A stretch of DNA of 21,724 nucleotides from Candidatus Omnitrophota bacterium (lineage in GTDB: Bacteria > Ratteibacteria > UBA8468 > MWAK01), in NCBI GenBank assembly GCA_043797665.1, contig JAZDPL010000083.1, positions 1-21,724 on the forward strand, in the 5' to 3' direction. The notes under the pieces were generated by a model. The model saw only the letters and a list, made by a program, of their open reading frames with translations. It searched no databases and had not been told where the DNA came from. Every line of letters starts with the position of its first letter. Positions within the stretch are counted from its first letter, which is position 1. Both the position numbers and the translations under genes were made by a program. Positions 8,135-16,310 of this stretch are shown here, piece after piece.

Positions 8135-9178
8135 TCACGAAAAATAATACCGTTCACAGTCGTTTCGGCAGGGGAAACCGCAGGTTACAGAAAGGGTCAT
8201 CTCCTGCAAGTCAGCCACCAGGGACCATGTAGTCAGAAGAAATGTTCCGTTCACATCGGCTCCGTGGCAGCAGATGGAATTCGGCAGGTGCCGATGGTCT
8301 TTCAGCGCGGCCAGGCAATCCTTGACGGTGAGTACGCCTAATTTTTCTTGTAGTAGTACGCGCAGCCGCTCCTGCCGGTTCTCTGACTGTTTCCGCCGGT
8401 GCTTAAATGCTTCACGGGACTGCAGTTCCGGGTCCAGGACATGGTTCGCATGAACCACGATGCCGGTCCCGGCGGCCGGGACCCGGCGTGTTTCCCCGAG
8501 AACTTCAAGGCACGCGACCGTTCCTTCACGGTCCGCCATAGTATAGTTCGCCGGCGAGAACTTTAAAATGTCTTTTAACGCCGTTATCCCCGCGTTCAGC
8601 CCCGTACTTTCAAGGAGCACCCGCCGCACGAGGTTGTGCGGAGCGCCCCCCGGCCAGGTCGCCGGATAAATCGCGTTTCCGAATACGGCGACCCCGTTAC
8701 TTCCCATGCCGACCGGGCCGATCTCTCCGGGATAGGTAAGTCCTATAATTGCGGGCCGGTTCCGCGGTTTCATGCGCACGACGAACATCTTCTCCAGCGC
8801 CTCCGGCGTTGTATCTTTATTCTGGCCGGCAAGCGCAGACCCGCTCGCGGCCGCATCCCTCCCGGCCGCGAAAGAAGTGCATCCGCCGGAAAGTCCCTGC
8901 ATTTCCGGCCGGACATTGAGGAAGATGGTTTCGTCCAGGGTAATTCCGGCGCCTTCCGCGATCCCCTTGAGTTCCTCAATGAGATGGTCGAACTTCGCGA
9001 AGAACTGCAGGTATAAGCGCGTCCGGGAAAGGGCATCGCGTTCAGAGGTCTTCCACCGGTCCGCCAGGCAGGAGACGCCTTCCCGGACCGCGGTCCGGAT
9101 CTGCTCTCTCCGCTGCTCCCCGTGGGAACAACCTATTTGATGCGGCGTTCCCGCAATATCAATGCTCTCGGATTTCAT
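8135..9178 (-). CDS. C45 family peptidase (acyl-CoA:6-APA acyltransferase-like Ntn hydrolase)
   Basis: G.PHQIG..HG, EELKGIAEGAG, GGCTSF nucleophile Cys, GQNKD, HANH. Confidence 0.85.
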   Translation of the reverse strand: MKSESIDIAGTPHQIGCSHGEQRREQIRTAVREGVSCLADRWKTSERDALSRTRLYLQFFAKFDHLIEELKGIAEGAGITLDETIFLNVRPEMQGLSGGCTSFAAGRDAAASGSALAGQNKDTTPEALEKMFVVRMKPRNRPAIIGLTYPGEIGPVGMGSNGVAVFGNAIYPATWPGGAPHNLVRRVLLESTGLNAGITALKDILKFSPANYTMADREGTVACLEVLGETRRVPAAGTGIVVHANHVLDPELQSREAFKHRRKQSENRQERLRVLLQEKLGVLTVKDCLAALKDHRHLPNSICCHGADVNGTFLLTTWSLVADLQEMTLSVTCGFPCRNDCERYYFS

Positions 9179-9182
9179 GAGT

Positions 9183-10580
9183 TCATGGCCGGACGTTTCG
9201 CAGCCGCATCATTTCGATGCCGGCAAGCAGAACCGGACCGGACGTAGTGTCCGTGTACGGACGCGAGAGATAAAACTGCGGGTCCAGCGAGGCAGACGTG
9301 CCCCGGCACACGGAAAGCAGGCGGTCGTCGCAAAAGAAGAACGCCTTGATCGCCCGCCAGGCGTTCAACAACATACGTTCCGCGTCCTCTGAACGGAGCC
9401 ATCCGTTCCGCAGCGCCCGCGCGTACACCTGGGTGAAGATACAGGTACAACTCGCCTCCGGACGGCTGCGGGAATCATCGAGGACATTGCGCCAGAACCC
9501 GCATTTGTCCTGGACAGGCATAATCCCTGCGAGGATTTTTTCGAGAAGACCGGTGAGATACGGACGATTCGAATCTGTGGGTTTGAGTTCATCAAGAACG
9601 CCGGTGATGCCCAAAAGAACCCACCCCAATCCTCTGCCCCAGAAGACCGGCGTGTGCCTGCCGGGCATTCCTGCATGATACCACAGGCCGGAAGGAGCCG
9701 CACATAGTTTTTCCGTCACCCGTATCTGGCGGAGGGCTTCGTCCAGGTATCTGCGGTCACCGGTAATTCGTGCGAGACACGCCGCAGTCGGACAGAACAT
9801 CGCAAGAACTTCAACCCAGAGCCAGGCGTCCCTTCCCGGCTGGTGCACCATTGCCCCGGAAATTCTCGGGAATTCCGCAATCGCCCGGTCAACGCGGTCT
9901 TTCGCGTAAGAAAGGTAGACGGGGTCCCCGGTTTTTTCATACCGATGCAGTACATATCTCAACGGTGCGAGATTATCGGTGTTTTCGATCCGGTTCGGGG
10001 TTTCTTTCATGAACAGAACGATAGTCTTTTCAAAAACTTTATCCAGCGACCGGTCACCCAGGTATCGCACGGTTTCTTCAGTAGGTCGCCAGTACTGGTA
10101 AGCGGTCGCATCGTTCCACGCGCGGTAAAAAACCACCTCCTTTCGGAGTACGCCGGCCAGTCGCCGGATGAGCCGGTTATCTGAGGCGCGGTCGCCGGAA
10201 GCGAGAATGTCTTCATAGTCCGGCGCGAGGGATGCGTTCAATTCCAGCGTCTCAACGGAGTTCCGCAAGGCGTCTTCCGGAAGCCAACCCCGGTCCGGCA
10301 AGTCGAGCGGGAGGATATAGACGCCCCTTTTCCGGAACGCTTCCACCTGCCGCGAAAATTTTCGCGTGGTTTTTTTCCGGAGGACGACGGCTTTCACACC
10401 GCGGATGTCATGCGGAAAAGATGCGGGCAGGTCAAGAGTGCCGGTACGGTACAAGGGAATTCCCTTTTCGAGTAACAGTCCTGCGAAGCGAACCAGATGC
10501 GCCTGCGTGTTTCCGGCGGAGGCAGGAATCAGGACGGCGGCGCGGCCACGGTGCGGTTCTCCCGGCGGGTGGTAGTTCAT
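9183..10580 (-). CDS. GH105/GH88-like (unsaturated uronyl hydrolase) protein with an N-terminal extension
   Basis: GLWYH, FWGRGLGW, QDKCGFW.NV, EASCTCIF; start uncertain (10580 vs 10634). Confidence 0.75.
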   Translation of the reverse strand: MNYHPPGEPHRGRAAVLIPASAGNTQAHLVRFAGLLLEKGIPLYRTGTLDLPASFPHDIRGVKAVVLRKKTTRKFSRQVEAFRKRGVYILPLDLPDRGWLPEDALRNSVETLELNASLAPDYEDILASGDRASDNRLIRRLAGVLRKEVVFYRAWNDATAYQYWRPTEETVRYLGDRSLDKVFEKTIVLFMKETPNRIENTDNLAPLRYVLHRYEKTGDPVYLSYAKDRVDRAIAEFPRISGAMVHQPGRDAWLWVEVLAMFCPTAACLARITGDRRYLDEALRQIRVTEKLCAAPSGLWYHAGMPGRHTPVFWGRGLGWVLLGITGVLDELKPTDSNRPYLTGLLEKILAGIMPVQDKCGFWRNVLDDSRSRPEASCTCIFTQVYARALRNGWLRSEDAERMLLNAWRAIKAFFFCDDRLLSVCRGTSASLDPQFYLSRPYTDTTSGPVLLAGIEMMRLRNVRP

Positions 10581-10590
10581 GGGGAAGGCA

Positions 10591-11298
10591 TTATTGAAAT
10601 TTCTTCTTGGTGATGAACAGTCCGGATATGACACCGGAGAAGTACTCGCCTTTTCTCGCGTCGGGGTCCCCCTGTTCTCCGCCGATGGCGCCTTCGGCGG
10701 GAATGGTAAAATTCATCTGCGGCGGACAATTCGCCATACCGTCCTGATTACCGTCAACGAAGAGAAAAAACAACTTCTGCTCCGGGTCTTTCACCACAAG
10801 AATCCGGTGCCACGCTCCGTCGCAGACGTTTATTTTTCCTGCGAACCAGAACGGTGTTTTTGAAGAGACATCAAGCAGGTTGAGTCTCACGTTGCCGCCC
10901 TCCCGTCCGCGCAGTTCAAGTCCGAACGCCTGATGGCTATATATCTGCATGGTGGAGAGTTCTTTGGCGGGATTTACCTTAAAGGAAACGTCCAGGGTAA
11001 ACGTGTCTTCCGGCGCGATGGTTACGGTTTTTCCTCCTTCGATAAGAATTTTTCCCGAAATGCCGTCGAATGCAATCCCGGAATCATTGGTCTCTTTGAC
11101 CCACTTTGTTCCGACCGTCAGTTTTCCGCGCTGTTCCCCGTTCGCCTTATTGTATGTATATTCACCGGTTCCTTCCTCGAAAGCCCACAACGCAATAGTG
11201 TCTTTGTCTGCCTGCCAGGCTTTGTCGCCGGCGGCAAGCCGTGAACTTTGAAAACAAAGAAGCATCGAAACTATGGTCCACATCAATATTCTTTTCAT
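10591..11298 (-). CDS. secreted LamG-like jelly-roll (ConA-like lectin) domain protein
   Basis: N-terminal signal peptide MKRILMWTIVSMLLCF...; ALWAFEEGTG, AFDG, DGAWHRI, LFVDG, YFSGVI; AGGAGG SD. Confidence 0.75.
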   Translation of the reverse strand: MKRILMWTIVSMLLCFQSSRLAAGDKAWQADKDTIALWAFEEGTGEYTYNKANGEQRGKLTVGTKWVKETNDSGIAFDGISGKILIEGGKTVTIAPEDTFTLDVSFKVNPAKELSTMQIYSHQAFGLELRGREGGNVRLNLLDVSSKTPFWFAGKINVCDGAWHRILVVKDPEQKLFFLFVDGNQDGMANCPPQMNFTIPAEGAIGGEQGDPDARKGEYFSGVISGLFITKKKFQ

Positions 11299-11322
11299 GA
11301 CATCCTCCTTTTTTTAAACGGC

Positions 11323-11979
11323 TTAACGGAAAGAGACCTTCGCCATGTTGGCTAAAGCGGCCCAGTTGGCAGTATACTCCGTTTGGCTTAGCCAGCCTAC
11401 ATGCAAACCGCCGTAGAGAAAGTTTGCTCCGTTGCTGTGGATTGGAATTACCTGATCGGATCCCGGAGGGCTGGCATCATGATCAAGATAAGTTCTACCC
11501 CCAAGAGCATCCGCCACCAAGATGGTACCTGACGGTATCCTGTTCAGTTTAGACGGGGAGGCGTCACTCATCAGGCCAAGGACGTCTCGCGGCGCAGCGT
11601 AGGTATAGCGGTTATAGTCGCTTGTTAGCTTGGGCGGAGCCGATGGGCACCTCATATACGTAGAACCAAAAATGTCTTCGGTGGTACGGCCCAGGTAGGG
11701 TGACAGGACCGTCAGCCATGCTCCCTCAGTGCCATAATCGGCCGGGAGAAGGCCGCGGGCAAGCGGCGCCCAGTCCTCGTAGTCGTTAGCGTACATCGTA
11801 AAGGCAAGCCCAAGTTGTTTCAGGTTGTTTATGCATGCCGCCGCTCTGGCTTTTGCTCTTGCCTGGCTGAGCGCCGGTAATAACATCGCCGCCAGTAGTG
11901 CGATGATGGCGATGACCACCAGCAGTTCAATGAGGGTGAACCCATGTCGGGGAGGGCGTGATACAATCTTACGAACCAT
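11323..11979 (-). CDS. prepilin-type N-terminal cleavage/methylation protein, DUF1559-type
   Basis: Basic leader, then [33 protein letters not shown]...[18 protein letters not shown]; degenerate H-X9-DG tail; GGAGGT SD. Confidence 0.92.
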   Translation of the reverse strand: MVRKIVSRPPRHGFTLIELLVVIAIIALLAAMLLPALSQARAKARAAACINNLKQLGLAFTMYANDYEDWAPLARGLLPADYGTEGAWLTVLSPYLGRTTEDIFGSTYMRCPSAPPKLTSDYNRYTYAAPRDVLGLMSDASPSKLNRIPSGTILVADALGGRTYLDHDASPPGSDQVIPIHSNGANFLYGGLHVGWLSQTEYTANWAALANMAKVSFR

Positions 11980-12020
11980 ATGCCACCTCCAGATCCGAAG
12001 GGTGTTTCATAAGCGTATTC

Positions 12021-12063
12021 ATATTGTAACGATACAATATCACGCAGAAGGAAATTTTGTCAA
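12021..12063 (-). promoter_or_regulatory. promoter of the prepilin-led operon with palindromic operator copy 1
   Basis: - strand TTGACA 12063-12058, N18, TATTGT 12039-12034 preceded by TG-n; palindrome ATATTGTA-ACGA-TACAATAT 12021-12040. Confidence 0.8.
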
Positions 12064-12064
12064 G

Positions 12065-14881
12065 TCAGTTTTTTCCGGGCGCCGGCGCCAGCATCATTTC
12101 CTTAAACTGCTGCTCGGTTACCGACGGAAAGACCTCCACGGAGAATTGCCATGTCTTCTGCCGGCCGAGGGCGAGCGTCACCGGAGCGGACATCCATTCC
12201 AGGGTGGCAGCGGTCGGCTGTTTGTCGCCTCCATATCGGTAAATCTGGAGAAAGTCGTCCGGAATCCGCAGCATGATACCCAACCGGTGGTCGGTAAAAT
12301 ACTCTCCGAAGACGTTCCAGCTCTTTCCGTTGACCGCTTCTTTCATGACGTCTTCCGCAAACAAATCCCCGTTCTTTTCGTTGGCCATGACATATCCATG
12401 CGAGCCATACGGATAGATACGCACGCCGTCCGGGCCGGTAACGAGAAAATCCCTGGGTCCGGTACTGATTTGCGTTCCGCCGAACCAGTTGTGCGACCAG
12501 TAGGAGAACATTCGGGGTTCCGGCGCTACCGCATTGGTATTGGTGCAGGTGGTGGAGACGTACACCACCGTTTTATCAAATGGTATCCGGTACGTCTTCT
12601 CAATGTCAACCCGCACGGTGTTGAAACTTCCCCCGTAGACAAGCACGGCCTCATTCCCGGTGTTCTCCGCTTTTTTAAGCGTCATTCCGGTCATTCCGTC
12701 CCCGCTCCACCTTCCGAGCGCCGGCAGCCAGAAGAGGTCAAGGCCCACGCCTCCATACGTCAAGTCCCCGTTAATCACGATATCGTTCCCGTTCACGACC
12801 CATTTCCAGATTCGCGCGCCGGAATCGGTGAAACTGACCGTTTGGCTGGGAGTTACAACCTGGAGACACACCTGCTTGTCGTTTTTATCATTAACGACCT
12901 CTTGATAACCAAGGGTGATGTTCCCCTTTTTCCCAAGCGGGATTGCCGTCAGGTTTTTTGCAAACGTACTCTTCCTCTGCAGCAGTTCCTGGCGCAGGCT
13001 TTCCGTGCTGACCGGCGCGCACCCCGTGAGCGCTTTTCGGTCTCCGGTAACAAACCATAACCCGGGCCGCAGTGCATTCACTTTAATCAGAACCCCCTCG
13101 CGAAAAGCGGCCGGTGGCAACAACGCCTCGCCGCCCGCCGTTACGTACTTTTTCTCGTACGGGTTGACCAGATACCGCCCGTCGGAAAACCCGGCATTCT
13201 TTATCTCCGCGTAGACGTTTTCCGTGTCATGGAAATTCAAAAGGGTAATGAGCGTTTCTCCCTTAAGTTTATGCGCCAGAGAAACAAGGTAATTCTTCCA
13301 CTCCGGCTGGGAAAGGTCTATGGTCGCGCTTCCCACGCGGATGCTCTTTTCCGCAAAGGGTATGCCGCGGACGGAAAAATCAACGGACGCCTTTCCGTCC
13401 CGGTAGAAGTCTTCGCCGAAGGCAAGCAGACGGCTGCCTTCGTACAGTTCGTATATCTGGCCGCCGTCGAAGTCGGGGAGTCCGTTGAACACACAGAAAC
13501 CGCAGCCGTTGATTCCGGCGCTCATGTAATCCAGAAGGAGTTTTCCGTAATTGTAGGCCTTGACGCGCCATATCGGCGCGTCCGCAACAGCCGGAATCAG
13601 TTTCTTCCGCCCGACATAGTCGGCCATTTGCCTGGTGTTGTTGTAGAAATCAAGGCAGGAATCGGTGTAAATCATCGGCATATGATAATCGGCAACTTCA
13701 TCGTACGCCTTGTAATCAAGCAACTCTCCGATAGGAAGACCATTACCCTGGCAGATGAACAGGGGTATTCCCGGCCGCACCGAATGGACCATCTTTTCCA
13801 GTGCCGATACCGGCATTCCCATCAGTTTCATCCGGTAATCGTAGTATTCTTTGGCATACCGCGCTTTTATCTCTTCCGGGGAAATCTCCGGCCGGCCCTT
13901 TTCCCGGCAGAATGCTTTAATCGTTTCACGGTCGTCATATCCCGGGTGTACTGCCGGCCCGTCCGGTTCCAAATCCCAGATGAACCCGTCAACGCGCTCT
14001 GCGCCGGAACTGATGAACGTCTCTTTCTCCACGGTAAGCATTTTGTCGGCGAAATCGCGTACGGAATTGTACAGGCCTACCTTCTTATAAACCGGCCCTT
14101 CCGGAAGGTATTGCTCCATCAGGTCAATGAAAGAACCGCTCCTTTGCCCGATGAGCTTGATGCCGGCGTCCTTGAGTTTTTTCTCAAATTGTTGCCCGTA
14201 GCGGTTTTCCGTCACATGCGTGATGCCGATCCGGCGGTAAAGAGACACAACTTCATCCACGACTGCCGGGGGAGGGTTTCTGTCGCCGTAGTAGGCATAA
14301 AGAATGGTATCTTTTGGCAGCGGGGCCTGGTTGTCTATTGCGCCGGTTGTTTTGATGAAGGTCTGGACGTCCGCCAGCACCCTGGAACCCTGCCTCATCT
14401 GCCAATAGATGCTACCCTGCAGTTTCCGGAGCGATTTTATCCACACGTCAACGCTGTAGAGCTCGGAGTTGTTGACCCTCTTCAAAAGGTTCCCGGTATT
14501 CAGGGAGACGGTGTACCTTGCGTATGCCGCGCCGTTGTGCGTTATCGGTTCAACATTTACTGCGTCGAGGGTCGGCAACTCTTCGGTGGTACCGATATAC
14601 CGGACGTCTGAAGGTAAATCCACCAACAGGAAAAGGTCTTTCGCCCCCTGGCCGGTTTGCAATCCCTCAACCTTGTATTTTCCCTTGACCGCCCAGGCGT
14701 CGGGAATGAAAAGGAACCTGATCTTGTCGATTTCTCCCTCAATACAGTAAACCGTGTTGTCGCTTCTTGACGAACCGGGGAAAATTTGAACGGTGGCGGA
14801 ATGTGCCATGCCGCTTATTACGAAAATAAGCGCCAGCCATACTGCCTGCGCAATCAATCTCCTTATTCCAAATCTTCTCAT
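12065..14881 (-). CDS. large secreted hypothetical protein (~938 aa), possibly glycoside-hydrolase-like
   Basis: Long ORF with GGAGGA SD before ATG 14881 and a signal peptide ending near AHS-A; central alpha/beta region (DGFIWDLEP, YHMPMIY) and beta-rich C-terminus; function is inference. Confidence 0.75.
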   Translation of the reverse strand: MRRFGIRRLIAQAVWLALIFVISGMAHSATVQIFPGSSRSDNTVYCIEGEIDKIRFLFIPDAWAVKGKYKVEGLQTGQGAKDLFLLVDLPSDVRYIGTTEELPTLDAVNVEPITHNGAAYARYTVSLNTGNLLKRVNNSELYSVDVWIKSLRKLQGSIYWQMRQGSRVLADVQTFIKTTGAIDNQAPLPKDTILYAYYGDRNPPPAVVDEVVSLYRRIGITHVTENRYGQQFEKKLKDAGIKLIGQRSGSFIDLMEQYLPEGPVYKKVGLYNSVRDFADKMLTVEKETFISSGAERVDGFIWDLEPDGPAVHPGYDDRETIKAFCREKGRPEISPEEIKARYAKEYYDYRMKLMGMPVSALEKMVHSVRPGIPLFICQGNGLPIGELLDYKAYDEVADYHMPMIYTDSCLDFYNNTRQMADYVGRKKLIPAVADAPIWRVKAYNYGKLLLDYMSAGINGCGFCVFNGLPDFDGGQIYELYEGSRLLAFGEDFYRDGKASVDFSVRGIPFAEKSIRVGSATIDLSQPEWKNYLVSLAHKLKGETLITLLNFHDTENVYAEIKNAGFSDGRYLVNPYEKKYVTAGGEALLPPAAFREGVLIKVNALRPGLWFVTGDRKALTGCAPVSTESLRQELLQRKSTFAKNLTAIPLGKKGNITLGYQEVVNDKNDKQVCLQVVTPSQTVSFTDSGARIWKWVVNGNDIVINGDLTYGGVGLDLFWLPALGRWSGDGMTGMTLKKAENTGNEAVLVYGGSFNTVRVDIEKTYRIPFDKTVVYVSTTCTNTNAVAPEPRMFSYWSHNWFGGTQISTGPRDFLVTGPDGVRIYPYGSHGYVMANEKNGDLFAEDVMKEAVNGKSWNVFGEYFTDHRLGIMLRIPDDFLQIYRYGGDKQPTAATLEWMSAPVTLALGRQKTWQFSVEVFPSVTEQQFKEMMLAPAPGKN

Positions 14882-15009
14882 GCAATCCTCCGTAAAAATC
14901 CGCCGGGCCAACACCAAAAACTTTATTGACTTTTACCGTTTCTTATTTGACACTACCCCTTGCGCACCGTTGCGCCGGACGTCAGTTCCGGCTTAACCGC
15001 CTTGTTTCC

Positions 15010-16143
15010 CTACCGCACCGATTCGCCTTTCCTGAAGTTTCTTTCTCCTTTCAGAATATCCGGGATATCCATACGAAAATTGAGTCTGGTAACCTCCGGG
15101 ACCGGTCTTTTTTCCAAAAGATTACCCAGGATGCGCGCAACTTCTTTTCCCAGTTCCGCCGAGGGCTTCACCAAACCGATAATTGGTGCCATAACATAGT
15201 CTTTATAGTCTTCCTCCACCACACTTATTACCACCACTTCCTGGGGGATTCTGAGCTGTTGCTCATGGATGTACCGGAGCACTTTAGGCAGAATGTGAGG
15301 GTTGGCAACGAAGAGGACCGCCGGCTTTGGGGCGGCAAAATATTCCCTGGGGAGAGAGAAAGAAGGAGAACCAGGCTCCAGATACACCACCTTTATATTT
15401 TCTTTTGGTACCTGCGCTTCCTGGAGGGCTTGTTTGAAGCCGCTGAATCTTTCGGCTCCGGGGAGACTTTCCGGGGGCCCAAGGAAGATAAGCCGGCCGG
15501 CGTTGAGGGAGCGAACCGCCCGCAAGGTAACTTCGTAAAAAGTTTTACGGTTATCAAACCCGACAAACGGCGCGTTGACGTGAGGAATTATAATATCAAC
15601 AATGACAAAAGGGCACTCGCCGCTTTTGTTTAAATTCACAAAATACTTCCCGTACTCGGGGTTGTAAACATTTTGGGTGAGGGGATTAATGATGAGGCCG
15701 TCTATGTTTTTCTTCAGGGAATGGATGAGGTTGAGTTCTTTATCAAACTCGGTGTATCCATTACAGACGATTATCCGGTGGTTTTCCTCAGACAGCGCCT
15801 GTTCTATTCCCTTGATGAGAAGAGTACAGAACCGGTCGGTAATATCCGAAACGCAGACTCCGACCAGCCGTGTCTTTTTCCGTCTCCGCCCCTTTGGATT
15901 GACGTATATTCCACTACCCCATCTTCGGGAGATTAGATTTTCCTCTTCCAATTCCCGTAGCGCCCGGTCAAGCGTAGACTGACTTACCGAAATATTTGCC
16001 ATTATCTCCCGCATCGTCAGAATTTTATCCCCGGGTTTCAAACGAAGAATCTCTTTTTGCAGCAGGTCCTTGACCGCTAAATATTTGGGCGTCTTTATCC
16101 AGGAATTCAATACATTTTGGGATGAAAGAAATTGTTTCTCCAT
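15010..16143 (-). CDS. GntR-family transcriptional regulator with LacI-type periplasmic-binding-protein sensor domain (AraR-like architecture)
   Basis: PKY..VKD.L, LKPGDKI, VSQSTLDRALRELEEENLISRRWGSGIYV winged HTH; then GIEQAL, IDGLII, VGFDN, ERFSGF, LRIPQEV. Confidence 0.9.
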   Translation of the reverse strand: MEKQFLSSQNVLNSWIKTPKYLAVKDLLQKEILRLKPGDKILTMREIMANISVSQSTLDRALRELEEENLISRRWGSGIYVNPKGRRRKKTRLVGVCVSDITDRFCTLLIKGIEQALSEENHRIIVCNGYTEFDKELNLIHSLKKNIDGLIINPLTQNVYNPEYGKYFVNLNKSGECPFVIVDIIIPHVNAPFVGFDNRKTFYEVTLRAVRSLNAGRLIFLGPPESLPGAERFSGFKQALQEAQVPKENIKVVYLEPGSPSFSLPREYFAAPKPAVLFVANPHILPKVLRYIHEQQLRIPQEVVVISVVEEDYKDYVMAPIIGLVKPSAELGKEVARILGNLLEKRPVPEVTRLNFRMDIPDILKGERNFRKGESVR

Positions 16144-16162
16144 TGTTTTCCAACTGTTTTAT

Positions 16163-16204
16163 TATTGTAACGATACAATACTATATAGCCATATCCCGTG
16201 TCAA
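16163..16204 (-). promoter_or_regulatory. regulator promoter with palindromic operator copy 2
   Basis: - strand TTGACA 16204-16199, N18, TATTGT 16180-16175; TATTGTAACGATACAATA 16163-16180 is identical to 12022-12039. Confidence 0.8.
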
Positions 16205-16257
16205 GTCCCCGTACCGGAAGGGGGCCTGCACCCTGGTCGGCAAATCCTAATCGGAGT

Positions 16258-16286
16258 TTTACAATTGCCGGGAATTATACTAAAAT
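16258..16286 (+). promoter_or_regulatory. sigma70-type promoter of the URO-D family gene
   Basis: TTTACA 16258-16263, N17, TAAAAT 16281-16286. Confidence 0.55.
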
Positions 16287-16310
16287 ATTAAGGGGGAGCA
16301 ACCTTTAAGG

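Noticed and set aside
13229..14611. 460-aa + strand ORF (also 11825-13060, 411 aa)
   Set aside because: Antisense shadows of the 938-aa gene, which has an SD, a signal peptide and operon context; no recognisable motifs.
6399..14881. Central cluster as a horizontally acquired island
   Set aside because: Only a subjective impression of different codon style; no boundary repeats or mobility genes, and it cannot be quantified by eye.
14890..15005. Third operator copy or terminator between the regulator and the large gene
   Set aside because: No TATTGTA-N4-TACAATA match; the short GCCGGA/TCCGGC hairpin has no convincing U-tract.
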